DNA of 64,000 nt from Octopus sinensis (GCF_006345805.1 NC_042998.1:191084001-191148000), one strand, 5' to 3'. Numbered from the stretch's first letter, positions 14,716 through 30,461 are shown. Notes: generated by a model from the letters alone, not told the origin. Translations and numbers: made by a program.

Positions 14716-15083
14716 GTATGTTATATATATATTATATATGTATATATATATGTAAGTGTATATATATGTATATTATATATATATATAATAATTATATTAT
14801 GTATATGTATGGATGGGTATATATACTTATACCTTTATGTATAAGAGATATGCATTAATGAAAGAGTTCTATACCTGGCAATTTGTGTTTGCATCTCTAT
14901 ATGTTATATATTGAAGACAAAGCTATGCAGTACATCTTATGATATAGGGGTATACTTAGTATATTGGCATTACTGTTAATGGTTAAACCACCCATCCATC
15001 ACGTTAACTATCTAACCGACTGTCTGTCTGTCCGTCCATTTATCTATCTATCTGTCTGTCTGATCTATCTATCTATCTATCTA

Positions 15084-15126
<43 letters not shown>

Positions 15127-15319
15127 TTATTGATGTGGATGAAGACGAAGTTTATGTTACTGTTAACAATTTCTGTGTTACTGCTGACATTGGTGGTGAT
15201 AATGCGGCTGTTTTTACTGATTCTAAGGATAATGCTGATATCTGCAGCGTAACTAAGTGAAATTCTCTCTCTCTCTGACATATATAACATAAATACAGAC
15301 GGGCCCTGTTGTGTCCACT

Positions 15320-15531
15320 ACTCTGATTGGTTGGTATTGGCACTATTTGTCTCTTGCTCTATTACGCGCCAATGTGCAACCCAACCAATTGCAGGCTTCT
15401 AATAAGGTCCCGTGACACATTTTTTGTAAAGCTCCGTCGAGTCGAGCGTCTTTGGTTCTGACCACTGACCACAGAACACTCAGCCAGTTCCAGCGACATC
15501 ACCGACACCGGCAACAAAATGCATCGTAACT
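15320..15531 (+). promoter_or_regulatory. Candidate CCAAT-box promoter / first-exon region
   Basis: Four CCAAT/ATTGG boxes (15326, 15336, 15369, 15385) within 65 bp, followed by a CpG-richer unique tract and CAACAAAATG (ATG 15519) with a possible donor GTAACT at 15526. Strand is tentative. Confidence 0.35.
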
Positions 15532-15629
15532 CTTCGCTCTGACATTCGAAACTCCGAGTACTACAATACTATAATAACGACTTACTGTTTATTCTAAATT
15601 ATGCATACATACATGCATACAAACATACA

Positions 15630-15687
<58 letters not shown>

Positions 15688-15719
15688 ATATTATATATAT
15701 ATATATATGATATGTCTAA

Positions 15720-15750
<31 letters not shown>

Positions 15751-15988
15751 GTATATATATGTCTAAATATATATATCTTTCGAGGTATGTATACCTATGA
15801 GGGTTACGTTAATAATCATAATTTTAATATTGGTAGATAAAGTAGAAAATGTAAAACTAATAATGCCAAATATAAATATATTACTATAATTAATATGAAT
15901 ATAAGTAATAATATGATCATTTATCATTATTTTTATCATCATTATTATTGTGTTTCCTGATATATGTAGGTGTGTACATGTGAGTATA

Positions 15989-16057
<69 letters not shown>

Positions 16058-16124
16058 ATGTAATATATATATTATATATACATATATATATACGTATATA
16101 TATGCATACATATTGCATACATAC

Positions 16125-16186
<62 letters not shown>

Positions 16187-17076
16187 GTATACGTATATAC
16201 ACACATATATGTGTGTGTGCGTGTATACGACAACCATACTGCGCAATCAAATAACAGTTATCTAAAGACAGTTCAATTAGTAGGTAAGTCTAATGTAATT
16301 ATTTCAACGTTTTACGTATTTTCCTAATTAGTGAAACCCTTATCAAATTAGAAAATTAATATGCATTCACAATTTTTCAAGCTGTTTCTGTGCGTTGATA
16401 GGTGCAATTGTATGATAATCTTAGGTGAATATGTACGGTTAGTTAATTTTATCAATCAAAAAATAGTTTTAAAAAGTCTCTATTGGTATACAGTTAATTT
16501 TAATCAATATGGGCATACAACAAATCAAGTTATTTATTTACAGTATAGTGTATGGAATACTTTTAATGCTAGTTATAAAGTTTCTTTACAGTTACCTGCA
16601 TCTGTTTAATAGACTAATATAAACCACAGACACACAGACAGACACGCACACATGTATATGTATAAGTATATTTATATCTATGCATGTAATTATAGGCATA
16701 CACACATAAGCACACACACACATTCATATATATATATAATATATATTATATATAATATTATATATATATAATATAATATATTATATACATATATATATAT
16801 ACATTATATTATAACATATATAATACATATATACGCATATACATATACATGTACACATAAGTAATTAAATATATTCTAATACGCTTACACACGTTACTAT
16901 ATCTAACTTGGTATGTAAATATAGGTAGTATTATGTCAATGTATGTATGCGTGCGTGTATATATCTATATATCTACATCTATAACTATATATATCTATAT
17001 CCATATTCATACACACACATACATAATATATATGTATATGTTACATATATAATGTACATATATATTATATATATAT

Positions 17077-17121
<45 letters not shown>

Positions 17122-17578
17122 CTCTTGATATATGTAAAGAAAAAGAGTGAGTTTAGTGTTTGTGCGTAATCTAGACAATAGGTAATACTTGAAATTTTTT
17201 CTCGTGTTTTAGTTGTGATATCGTCATTTGGTGAAACATTTCTATCTTTGTTTGATTCGCGTCAATGTATTTTTACTTGCTAACAGATCATGCGCTCTAG
17301 GCAATGGTAAAATCAGAAACATTGGCTCCATTCATGGAAAAATATGTTTCTGATGTTTTAGAAAACATAGTTATTGTATAAGGTGTTATAGTTTTCTATC
17401 TTCAGTTTGAAAAGCAGAAATATTTCCAATTGACTATTTTATAATAGAAACATGCAATGTTGATTAAAGCTGTGATGCTGACATAGATGAAGACATACAC
17501 GTTTGGTATGTTCAAATATCTGGTTCAAATGTTGCCATTTGAAAAAAAAATGAAACAATCTTTGTCTTTGAAGAATAT

Positions 17579-17628
<50 letters not shown>

Positions 17629-19615
17629 TATAAATATCGGCACACACATACATATATACATATATCCATATAAATAAGCATGTATATATGGCAGCATACA
17701 TATACATGCATCCCAACATATATATTTGATTGCATAAGAGAAAATGAGAGAAAGTTGAGAGGAGAGTGAATAATTATATGAATACATATAAAATAATTTA
17801 GAATGACATGCAGATATAAAAGCACAGATTCTCGTGTATACACATCTTTAATAAAGCGCATGCCCAGATTCTCTTTTTTTATGTTCAGAAAATTTACTGA
17901 AATAAAATAATCTTTTAGTTTTACTTACCTTTAAAATTCCATGGGAAAGATAAAAATAAAATAAAATACAAAGATAAATAAAAAATATACTTTATTGTCT
18001 TTAATAAAAAGAAACATTTAATTTCATTAACACATTTTAAATTAAAGATAACAGGTGATATTTGAATTGATTAAGCTAATGGTCATCCTAGTAATTTTAA
18101 TCATAAAAAGAATCTATGCTGATATGACGCACTGACATCGTATCAGATATCTATCTCCAGGTATGTATGCAATTGGGTCGAACCTATTTTGTAACTTATG
18201 TCTTACTTAATCTCAGTTTCCCGCATATCGAGCAGACAGGTGAGGAAATGAGTTCCATATATGACCAGCTTGCCATTTGGTAACTGAAAAAAAATCATTC
18301 AATGTGTCAGATGGTTGGCTCTGATTTGAGGAAAATTTCGCCGAAATTTTCAACAGATCGACAGATAGCTCAGACATCCTCATAAGCTCAATTTGTATAA
18401 CTTTTATCCATTCTGGTAGGTTGAAATTTACATTGGACTCTGCGAGGTTTGAAGCCAGGAAGTCAACGAATGACAGTAAATACTTTAGCGTAGGTAGTAC
18501 GTCGTTCTACCGTGTCTACCAATTCACTGCAATTAGGAAGAACACGTATTGAGAATCGAAACACATGAAAAATGCTTAACACACTTAAGAGAAATCAGAA
18601 AATATTTAAAACGAGACTTATATAATGATAGAATATTGGTGAAATATTTAGCACAAAATGTCAGCTACATTTAATCTACTTTGCGAAATGAAACAATATG
18701 GTTTAAAGCTTTTGTTGTACAGTTGGTCTTTTTACTTTATTGAAGATTCAAATATTTTTAGTAGAACTATTGATTTGTCATCTAACATTATATAAGTATG
18801 ACCGTATATATGTATATACGAAAGTATACAAATACACACATACATTCACACATACATATGTGCGTGTGTACGTCCGTATGTCTGTTATTGGTATGAATAC
18901 AAACGTATTTGTAGTATTATGGGGATATGCATCGATGTGAGTCTGTATGCATACACAGCTACAGTGAATAACTGTTAAGTCGGAATACTTGCTTGTGTTT
19001 TTAAGGTTTAGCTTTCTGTTTAATATTTCTCAATGCGGAAAGGTCAAATAAGAAACAAAAGAAAATTATAGATGAAAAAAATTGTTGTGTATATTCCAGA
19101 AGGGGAGATTAAAAATAAAATTATAGAAGTCAATGCTAAAATTTTTAACAACAAAAATAATATCTATTGTAATGGCAGGAACTGATCCAAAATATATATA
19201 AACAAGTTAATAGATTGAACAGTCGAAAAAAGAAAATGGTGGTGAGAGCAATGAAAAAGAAACAATAGCTGTTCTGTTGCCAATTCGATTTCTAATGGTG
19301 AATTGCCAAAAGGAAAATGTGCCATATATCCTAGTGGCAATGAATAGATCTTAATGAATATTGAACTTGTGTAGATCATTGATGAAATAGTTACATGCAA
19401 GCCAAACAAATTTCTTATATGGAAACCAGCCAAACTAGCCAAAATTTAGTTCCAAACTACAACACTTCGATTTGTCTACCAATCAGAATTACACATAAAC
19501 ATCAATGTCTCTCCTCCCATCCTAGTTTGCTATCCTTAGTTGGTTATAATCAGATTTTAGTTTTGATTTGTTTGTCTCAAGTTAGAATTTTATACTTTTA
19601 TACATTAAACAAACG

Positions 19616-19689
<74 letters not shown>

Positions 19690-20660
19690 GTGTATATATA
19701 TATGTATGTATGTATATATATATATATGAATGCATATGTGCATATACAGTTATGTATATATAAGATACATGTATGTGTAACTTATATATGCACACACACT
19801 CCATACATGCATACATATATATACATACATACATACATACATACGTATGTAGGTAGGTACATATATAAGTATGAGCGAATATGTATGTGCATGTATGTAT
19901 ACAGAATAAACAGGATACAATATTCCTTTATTTCACGCACTAATAGTACCATAAACAGAATGCATTGCAAACCGCTTGCAGATGATAGAAACGTATTGAT
20001 TTTGATCAGACTTTCCCTTCGGATACTGGAAATATAGAATTCGGATTTGAGTGCTACTTTTTGATGTAATGTAAATGGAACACAAGCCGTTCTAGGCTAC
20101 CTTCAAAAATTAATGGCATGAGACATTTACAGTAAACACTAAATTTTTATTAACCTTGTAGTTATTACCAAAAATGAAATTACTGACAACTGTATTAGGG
20201 TGAAAAAAATATATGAATATATTTGAGGAATTAAAAAGGGAATCTGGTAATTCAATTTAAAATACTTAATGACATTTACTACGATATTCTGGGCTCAGGT
20301 TTCAGTTAATGGTCACAATAGTACTTCTTAACAAGTCCCATCTATTTATGAATTTTCAAAGATATAGATTTTTATTTGAGCAGTATATTACGGGATGCAC
20401 AACTTGGGAATACTTGGACTTAATTTCAATATTGAGATTTTCAAATATTTAAAAAGAGTGATAAGGAGTTAATGCTCTTTAGTTTGAGATTTATAACCTA
20501 GAGTTCAGGATTTTTTTGTTACAATCAACTTGGTGCAAAGGGATTTTGAGTTGACGGATTAAAACAAAGAAAAATATGCTTATTATTTGTGTGAAAGTAT
20601 TAGCTAGCATAAGGTTGAGTGACAGAACACTCGTTGTTACTCACGGATGTTGACGAAGCC

Positions 20661-20708
<48 letters not shown>

Positions 20709-20711
20709 TAC

Positions 20712-21065
20712 TATTAGGGAAGATTAATTCCGAGTCCACAGGAATGAGACATTCAAATTAAGGTATTAAAGTGAACTTCTCTCAATATTTTATTCATATG
20801 AATAAAAGCAGTTTTAGAGACAGAACCACCCTCAACTTAATCAGCATTAGAAGATATTATACCCGATATTATACCAAGCCATCAAATATTAAATTTGATA
20901 CTTACTATATCTATTCAGAATCCCATACTTTCTGTTTTAAAGACAACACGTGTTTCATGACAGTATGTCAGTATTTTTGAGATATAAGGTCTCTAGTTTC
21001 AATACTCAATTAGATCGACGTGCACCCAATCTTCAGGTCTGATTTCTACACATTTATTACACTAT
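20712..21065 (+). mobile_element. Dispersed repeat family B copy (about 350 bp)
   Basis: Collinear with 39250-39577 (TTAGGGAA..TTCCGA..CACAGGAA..GACATTCAAATTA...GACAGAACCACC.TCAACT.AATCA...CTAGTTTCAATACT...CCAATCTTCAG); starts after (TA)n. Confidence 0.8.
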
Positions 21066-21120
21066 CTGCATTCTATATAACTCTATAATGATTGGAATTA
21101 TTTGACTAAAATGTTGCTAA

Positions 21121-21165
21121 CTATTTTACCCGGCATGCTTACGATTCTGCCAGCTCGCCGCCTTG
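21121..21165 (-). mobile_element. 5' head fragment of the SINE family seen at 62277-62523
   Basis: CCCGGCATGCTTACGATTCTGCCAGCTCGCCGCCTT matches the head CCCGACGTGCTAACGTTTCTGCCAGCTCGCCGCCTT. Confidence 0.7.
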
Positions 21166-21868
21166 TAAAAATATAATATTAACAACCAGCATTCATTTAA
21201 ATTTTACACGTCTTTTGGTATTTAATGTTTAGTTTAAGAATCGTTTTCAGACTAATTTTAAAATATCATTAGTACAATACTTATAAGATCATTTCTGAAT
21301 AACATAAACATAAGGTTTTCTTTTACATCACAAAAACGGCCGCATTCCACTCGGATTATACATTATGCGCTAGAATATACTCTTACCCACACGTCATTTT
21401 AATAGTCATTTTAATAGTCATTTTAATAGACTCAATTTGTTAACTCCAAATCTCAAAGGATGCATTCTAAGGAAAACTACATCAGCTTATCGCAACGATT
21501 AAATTATCTCAACACTGCTGTTTTAATTAAACAGCTAAGACAGCAACTCTTCCGCCTCTGCAATCAAGCCAGCTTTTACTGCAACAATTGTAATTAAATA
21601 CAGTTGTGCTCAATTCCCAGCCGGATTCATTTATGTCCTCAATACGTCATGAGTAGTTATCATTCATCATTCATTTTTGTCCTTCCATATTCCTAGAGTC
21701 TTAATGATAATTGGGAATCACTGTCAACAAACCCACGCACACAGACAATACGCTCGCTCCCTCACACACACATGCATATGCCTTCACGCACGTAGGCAGG
21801 CTCACACGCGGTCATATTCGTTCTCAAGTAATTATACGCATTCAAAAACAGACACAGATAAACACTCT

Positions 21869-22124
21869 CATCTGATATTGTCAAGTTTTCATACTTGTAA
21901 ATTTATATGCAAGCGTTTTTACTCGTGTATACACGCAAAATTCGATTTCTCTGTCTCTGTTTGTCTGTCTCTTTCTCTCTCTCTCTATCTCTGTCCGTGT
22001 CCGTCAGTTTGTCTGTAGGATACGTGGATTATATATATATATATATATATATTATATATTTACATGTTATATTATTTGTATATATATATACATATATATA
22101 CACATGTATATATATAATACATAT

Positions 22125-22213
<89 letters not shown>

Positions 22214-22427
22214 TATATATATATACACATATGTATGACCAAGGGATAGAGAGATAGATAGACGGAGAGAGAGCGAGAGAGAGAGAGAGCGAGAGAAGGA
22301 GAGAGATACATAGAGAGGGAGGGAGAGAGAGAAAAACAAACACACAGAAATCGAATTTTGAGCGTGTATACAAGAGAAAACTCACGCATTTAAATTTACA
22401 GGACGCAAAACATGACAACATAAGATG
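21869..22427. repeat. Old inverted repeat with about 130-bp arms around a (TC)n-(TA)n-(GA)n spacer
   Basis: CATCTGATATTGTCAAGTTTT..TGTAAATTTA.ATGC...GTGTATACACGCAAAATTCGATTTCT at 21869-21960 is the reverse complement, with many substitutions, of 22340-22427. Confidence 0.8.
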
Positions 22428-22432
22428 AAGCA

Positions 22433-22523
22433 CCTTGTTCTAATTTTTGCTTCTCCTGTCTGCCTTTGTATCGTCTATCTGCCCGAATGTTTTATTGTAC
22501 TCTATTGTGTTTTTGCTCCATCT
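22433..22523 (+). repeat. Unclassified dispersed repeat, second copy at 33718-33811
   Basis: Shared GCCTTTGTATCGT.TATCT..CCGAATGTTTTATTGT.CTCTATTG.GTTTTT. Confidence 0.75.
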
Positions 22524-24216
22524 TCATATTTATGTATACATATTTTTTTTTTTTTTTTTTTTGATTTTCCAGTTTCAGCTAATGAGCTGTGGCCACGCTG
22601 GGGCACCGCCGTACGTACACACTTGCACTTATCTTATAGCAAGTATGTATCTAAATTCTGTACGACTCTTTTACTCTATCATTTAGTCCCCCTCCTACTT
22701 TATTTTTCTTTTCTTTTTCTTGCCTCCCCTCTTTCTCACATTCATTGGCCCTCTTTTTCTTTAACTCCCACTTTTCCTCCTCGCTTATCTCCCCTGTCTC
22801 TGATTTTTTCTAATCCTTCAATACCACTGCTCCCTATCCTTCTCTACTCCTTCCACAACAACCGGTGTCCGGCCAGCCATGATCTGTCTTTCTTGGCCTG
22901 ACTGCCGACCGCCAACCTCTCTTATGTCCATCTCCTATGTTCCTGCCTTTAGACTTTCACTTCATACACGCCAGCTCAATTTGATTCATTCTTAGACGAA
23001 AGACACCTTTTGTTATAATCTTGTTATTTGCATTTGTAATTGTGTATCATGTTCTCTGAAAAGAAATTGTGTCGCAGTGTACCTTTATGTTGTGATCCTG
23101 AATTGGCCAGGGGACGTATAGCTCATGGTCCCAGCCTTGGATGAACCTTGAAGCTAAAGTTCAGGTCGTTTGGGGAATGCTGGCGGTATATATATATATA
23201 TATTATATATATTAGAAGGTTTGGAGGTGATGTGCAGGTATTGTATATTAGAAGAAATAGGGTACTCAGAAATCTTGTATTTTATATTTACAGATTTTTA
23301 TTAATATGTCACATGTTTTTATAAATCATATATTAGCACTTGCATCTACTCTAGTGGATTCTTCAGATTTGAATCTTTTGAGGAGATTCGTCTCTTTTTA
23401 TAGTATTATTGAGTGTGTAGGGGTGGAGAGAGATATAGGATAGTAAAAGAGGGTGAGGAATGGGGAGAAAGTGAGAGAGAGAGAGAGTGTGTGTATGTCT
23501 TTGTATCTGAAAGGAGTCAATGGAAAAGAGAAGGAAAGAAAGAAGGAAGAGAGAAAGAAGAAAAAATGTGCTTAAATCTATACTACTGGTCAGTTCTTGC
23601 AATAGAAAGTGATTCTTCGCTTTTGAAAATGGCAAAACCAAGTGGCTACTCCAAGAGGGTGGGTCTTGTTTTTATAAAAGTTATTTTTTAAGCAATATTC
23701 TGGATTTCTCTCTCTCTCTCTCTCTTACACGCACACACAGCCCATCCATGGCAAAAGGTGTCAACCTCAAACAGTGCAGAGACCAAGAGCAAATATTAGT
23801 AGACATTTTATTTAACACTGAAATCGGTAACCTTAATACAAGGTATGGCATAATAAATAATAGTCAATATCTAATGCTATTTCAGTATACAGGAGACAGC
23901 ACCAGCCATGTTTCAATACTGTTCTGACCTTATCAACGAAACATAGTCTTTACGATACTTATGAAAAGTAGTGATGATAAAATTTAGGGAATGTGAAATT
24001 TGTGGCTATAAAGAATGGAATATTTCAGAAATTCAGAGGTCGCATTGTCATTTGAAAATAACGGATAGATTAGTGTTAATATGTTTAATGTATGACTAGG
24101 GGGTAAAAAAAAACACACTAGTCACATTTAGTGACAATTATAATTCTCCATTTAGTGAAACATTACAACCTGCTGTTTATATTAATTATGTATGTGTGTG
24201 TGTGTGCGTATATATA

Positions 24217-24249
<33 letters not shown>

Positions 24250-24250
24250 G

Positions 24251-24420
24251 TTGAAAATTATAGAAGAACAAAAGACGAAGAAATGTGTATGAATAACAAG
24301 CAAGTGCGTTAGTTGACGCTCGGGAAAATGAAAAAAGTATTTTACGTTTCGAGTCTACGCTCTACAATATATAGGAATAGGAGAAAAAAAAAAACAGAGT
24401 GAAAATGAAAAAAAAACAAA
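24251..24420 (-). mobile_element. Family A repeat copy 3 (degenerate)
   Basis: AAAAGACGAAGA...ACGCTC.GGAA...AAAAAAGT.TTTTACGTTTCGAG.CTACGCT matches 53428-53560; preceded by (TA)n. Confidence 0.7.
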
Positions 24421-27400
24421 AACTAGTAGGTTTCAGCGGTCCAGCATGGCGAATACACACACACACACGATGTAAATGAATATTTTCTTGTGTGTACAGG
24501 TAGATTTGTTAGTTTACTAGTGTCTCTTAATCTCTTGTAATGCCACACGGTATAGTCGGTGGTAGTGGTACAATATATCTAAAATCAAGTCTGTAAGGCG
24601 ACAGCTTTTGGTATCCTGCTGAGTTAGTGAACTGGTTTTCTTTGAAGTGGAACGGTAACAGACACAAGAGACAAGTGACAAGAGACATTTATGACATTCT
24701 CAACTTTAAGCGTTCTTTGTTTATATTCTTATAATTCCAAACGGGTCTGTGACTAAATGAATATGTGGTTTCTTTGTTACTTATTTGTTTAATTTCCTTC
24801 GATTTGTTTCAGATGTCTTTTCTCATCTATATCTCTTTGCGTTTCTCTGAACCTCCTTGTCAGAGGCTTAATAAAATTTAGTTTTATTGTATGGGAATAA
24901 AATGTGTAGAAACTGAAGATGATACAACAGTGCTTTGACTTTGGTCTCCCGAGGATGATAAACAGCTATCATTGAATTAAATTAATAAAACAAGTGGACC
25001 CGTGAATATTTTACGGAGTTAATGGTAAACTTATTGACTCATTTCTGAAAACTTTATACAAAAGACCTGAAAGCGTAGCCTGTGTTCTGTCTGTGTCGTT
25101 CATCTGATAGTCATTGAAAAGTGAAGGAAATTAGAATAAGATGATTACTTAATGCACAGTTTATATATACAGTTTATATACTTTAAGTGCAATTTTATAG
25201 ATTTAATACACAGTACTCGCCTCTTTCTCTCTCACATTTCACCTTACTCTCTATTTCTTTCTCCTTTTTCTTTCAGTCTGTTTTTCTCTCGCTATTCGCC
25301 TTTCCACTCAACTAATCACACTAAAGCGTTACACACGGGCTAAGTAACGGAGGAAAAAAACTTAAAAAAGCAAAAATTACATCTTTCACCCACCACCACT
25401 ATCACCTCTTCCTCCTCCCCATCTCCTCCCACCATTCAACTAATTACGTGAAAGCGTTACGGACGTGCTAATTAATGGAGTAACTAGCAGAATTATTATA
25501 AGATTGTGTCTAATTTATATAAAATTGGGCAATTAACAACTGATAATGAGGCATTGAAACAATTGTAGTGATTTATAATAAAAATTTGTTCAATCCATCT
25601 CGTATTAAAATATATATATATACATATAGAGAGAGATTTGTGTGAGTGTGTGTGTTTAGTATGCATCATATATATAATGTTAAAGAGAGACAATATATAA
25701 TATACTGATACAAAATTAGAGAATAAATGAAAATAGAATATGTATGTATGTAAATGTGTGACTATGTGTGTTTGTGATTTGTGAGTATGAGGAGAGAAAG
25801 GGAGAGACAAAGAGAAAAGGATACGGAGGAAAAGAGAGAGAGAGAAAGACGGAGACAAATGGAGAGATGGAGGGGGAGACATTTGCTAAGACATTATCTC
25901 TTATTGTTTCCGAATAAAATTTTACGGTACAAGTCTTAAGTTTAAATGTTTCGAAAATTGTGTAACTGATAATATCCACCTAAGATTTCTTATTAAGATG
26001 TTTATAAAATCACATCCCTATTAAATATTGATATATACATATTTACAAATATTCTTTGCATATACACGCAAACGCATGTATTTATGTGCTTCTATACATA
26101 TATTTGTATTAAGTAATTGTGCATGTATGTGTATATAAACTTGCGTAGATCTGTAGAACAATTATTAGTATATGGTAGTATCCTCAATATTTACAAACAT
26201 ATTCACAAAAATATAATTCATTACAAGAATTTAAGACACAAAAAAAGAAATTATTTATCTCACCCATTAATATTCATTCGATTTTAATTTGACAGTTGTT
26301 TTCGAAATCTGTTGAAAATGTTAAGATATGAAATGTTTTTCTGAAGACTATTCTGGTTCTCTGAGACGGTATCCTTATCCACAAAGTCACTACTTACAGT
26401 CTTTGCCGTTTAAAACTCTGAAAACTATTCTGGATATCATTGCTAACATAGATGATAATATCTGTAGTGCAAAGATGGTGTTCCCTAACCATTTACCCAT
26501 TTATTTCTTAAATATATGAGTAATAATAAAAGTAATTTATATTGTGTTAATATTCCTACATTAATTCCTGTCTGTTCTCTGACCGGTCAAACGGTCAAGA
26601 AATATGTTAGCGCCTCGGAAATTACTATTTAATACCCATTAGAGCTATTATGTGTTATCGTTGATATTATTTCCCTCAACGGTGAGCCCTTTCACATGGC
26701 AACAAAGAGCAGCAATCAGATGTTAATCAGAAAAATGATCATTGATACATTCATTATTCGTAGTTCACGGGGTATTTAGATGCAAGATTAGAAACTGATT
26801 AAAAGTTCACCCTTCAACTGTTGACAATCTGCGTAAAACCTGCTGACTCATTTCCATTTTGTTGCGAGATTTTATAGCATGAAAAAAAATCAATGAATAG
26901 CTTTCCATGGATCAGAAATAATCTTAAATAAAGCTTCAATGCAAGAAGCAGGAAGGAAATTTGGTTTAGAAGCAGTTTTATTTGTTTTAGATATTGCTTT
27001 TTGAAATCAGGTTTAGAAATTTGAAAATTGGTTACGACACACAAAAAAAAAAAGTTAATAAAATGTGATGATTAAATCGACCAAAATATTACTTAAAGTT
27101 ATTAAGTCATTGAGGATTTAGACTAACAAAGTCACACCTTGTAATCGAGTGTTTCTAACTACATTTTAATGGCGCTTAGAAAACATTCCTCGTGACCAGA
27201 GAACGAACTTCAGATTTTTTTTTGTACGTCAATCAATCCTGTTGATCCTTAGCAGATCAAGTAAAATCAATGGCAGATCAATTAGTGATTATCATTCGGG
27301 CGAACATTACTGTGATAATCAAATGATCTAAATGACTCTAAATTCAGGGGAAACGATTTTTAAAACACTCAGCTTTTTTGGCCTTCGCCCTAATGGCACT

Positions 27401-28961
27401 CACTGCAGGATAAAGTACCGTATCAACGCTCACTAATGCAACTCACACAGCTATAACACTGAGTTTATCAACATAGTCATCAACAGAAATATCCGTTATA
27501 CTTACATCCTCTTCAGTAAATCTCACTTAACTGTCGCTTTCACATTTTAATTATGAACTGTCAAGTCAGCTACATCAATTTAGTTTGAAGTTGATTTGAC
27601 AATATGTTGTGCAGCATCATTACTTCAACAATTTCTGTTAGACTATAATTCCACGGTGAATGATCTCATCTCGGAATGAAATTATTGCAAAATATTGATA
27701 CCTTTTTAGGGAGGTTTTCTTGAAATATTTTTTTTGTACCTTAACATACAGAATCCACTGTGGTTTATATTACCATTATGCCAATCTGTGAACATTGTTG
27801 CATACATATAGTGTATATAATACATCTTATTATTGTTAAGATACAGAATCATGAAAATTGTCTCAGTGCAATTCTAACACATCTAAGTTATATAATCGAT
27901 TATTTCAGAATCATATTCTGTAATTTATAACCTAATTTAGTAACATTTTAGATTTCGTGATATTTTCATAAAATTTCCGGGAATTTTTTCAAATTGGCTA
28001 CACTTGCAGTTCTTGACAAGGTTTGGATAATAATACCTCTATGTAAGAAGTGCAGGCTGGGATGTTCATGAATCCAAATGAAATTACTGCTATAAATAGA
28101 AGAGATCGATATTGCTAATGAAAACGAGGTACAAACTCGATTCACCGAAAACATATTGTTACATCAAAATATTGGATTTTTACATGCACATTTTTATGCA
28201 ATCTTGCATGTTATGATGTAATATAATTGTCATGTCTTTTAGCTGCCTATCAGAAGTGGTTACATAAGGAAATTATCAGTAGCAGACTAGTATTTTAATT
28301 CTATAAGAGACATGGAAATATCATGGATTAATATTGATTTATTTTGACGTATGAGACTAATACTTGAAGGACAATAGTAAATGTGTGATGTAAACGTCGA
28401 AAGCGTAATTCAAGTAATTATTTTAATGACATTCAAAGAAATGGAAGGCATAGTCAATCCTACTCCCACCCTGAGTTTTTAAATCAGAACCTTCTGCAAA
28501 AAAACTATATATTAAAAAATCACAATTGAATTTTAACTGAGTGTGTATTCATTCTGAAATCTAGAACTTGAAAAATTTTGCTTACTTGATATTATCCTCT
28601 ATTACCAGTCTATGACAAAATGCTTAGATTACCCTTAAAAAAATTCATCAGCTGAATTCTAACAACAGATGTATATTAAAACGTTACTAAGGTCCTATGA
28701 GTAAATATTAAAGGAGAGGAGTGTTGGGACTGTGTGCATTGACAAGGGAGTTACTTAAGTAGCAAATGATACTGAAACGAATTCTGTCAGAATGAGTGTT
28801 GCTTAAATCACTATCACTCGTGAGTATTGTATGAGGGTGAACATTTAAAACTTAGTACTATTTTCATCACAGATCTTTCAATACTCAGACATATTCCATA
28901 CAACATTTGCCACTTCTTAATAATTTCCTATAACACATCCTTTTGTAATGATCCAAATATA

Positions 28962-29029
<68 letters not shown>

Positions 29030-29050
29030 CGTATGATGTATATATGTTAT

Positions 29051-29324
29051 TTATGCGCCCTTTGTTTCCCGTTTCTGTGGGGCATATGTTCCTCTCAGCT
29101 GGACGGGACGCCAGTCCATCGCAGCGTTACTCAAGAAACGGGAAGAGAGAGTGAGAGAAAGTTTGGACGAAAGAGTACAACAGAGGTCGCCTCCCATCCC
29201 CCACTGTCATTGATTGTGAAGCTTTTAGGTGTTTTCATTCAAAAACACACACAACGCCCGGTCTGAGAATCGAAACCACGATCCTCCGACCGCTGCCCTA
29301 AACACTGGGCCATTGCGCCTCCAC
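29051..29324 (-). mobile_element. tRNA-derived SINE (OR-like head) with an alternative 3' tail
   Basis: Head and body match 30462-30764 (A box TGGCCCAGTG, B box GTTTCGATTC); 8-bp deletion in the tRNA head; different distal region; flanked by (TA)n. Confidence 0.88.
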
Positions 29325-29373
<49 letters not shown>

Positions 29374-30461
29374 GCATATATACATACATATATGCATACA
29401 CACATGTTTATGCGTATTGTTTTATGTCTTTCCTTAGACCGTCATACCAAGAGTAGCTGTTCTATAAGCAAACACAACTCTTTAAAATAGGCGGAGTCGC
29501 TTTCATTTAAATTTCTCGTCTGCTGAAAGAGGGAGTTTCAATATATGACTAATTGCCCCTAGTTTTAAGTTAAAACAAAGTGAATAACTAAAATATTAGT
29601 TCGCTATACAACCCTTATTAATTATGTATATATAAATGTGCTGCAAACATTTATATAAATTTGTGGAAATGTTGTGTATATGCGTCCCACTGAAAGCCTA
29701 TAATGCGCAGCGGCAGGTGGGAATAATGGCTGGCGAGATGTTTAGTAAGGAGAACTGATGAGGTAAAGAGAATGAGAAAGAAAAAGGTAATTTGAGAATA
29801 TATATATATATTTCTCCAAAAACTATGTTACTATACACAAAATTTTATAAAATATTTCTAACATAACGACTTAAATATATTCTTTAACCTTATAACACAA
29901 GCCTTCTGTAGTTTTTTTCACTCTTTTTTTATTTTTTATACATCCAACCACGTGCTTTCACACACCAACTCTCTCACCTATACATATATATATACATACA
30001 CACATACGTATTTGTATGAATGCGTGTGTGTATATATGTGTGTGTGTGCTACATATACGAATATACATCATTAGATCTTTTAGTCAATAGATCACACTCC
30101 ATACACAAACATGAAAGTAATGGAAATCGTAACCATTCTATAAATAGTTGAACTCGCTTTGAAATCTGATGTTGTCTTCATCCATATCCACGTTCTTTTG
30201 TTTCAACTTAAAACTTTTCACCTCTTTGCAAGCAAATAAAGAGATTGTTACATTCTGTTCATTTCTAATTTGTTTATCCTTTTTCTGAGATGGTCAGCGA
30301 AGTCAGGTGAGAGGGAAAGCGGAAGAGGACATGAGAAAATGAAATAAAAAGATAATGTAGAAGAATAGATATTTAGTGAGTGGGGATGTGAAACAAATAT
30401 GAGTATGCAATGATTGTGTGACATTGTTTTCAACCCAAATAATGATTATGTATATCAATGT

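Noticed and set aside
17923-17990. Minus-strand AAG|GTAAGT after a T-rich tract (recursive splice site-like)
   Set aside because: AAG is a weak acceptor and such strings are expected by chance in AT-rich DNA.
26280-28250. About 2 kb free of microsatellites that looked like decayed coding sequence
   Set aside because: The frames I translated had frequent stops and no recognisable family motif; needs a frameshift-aware search.
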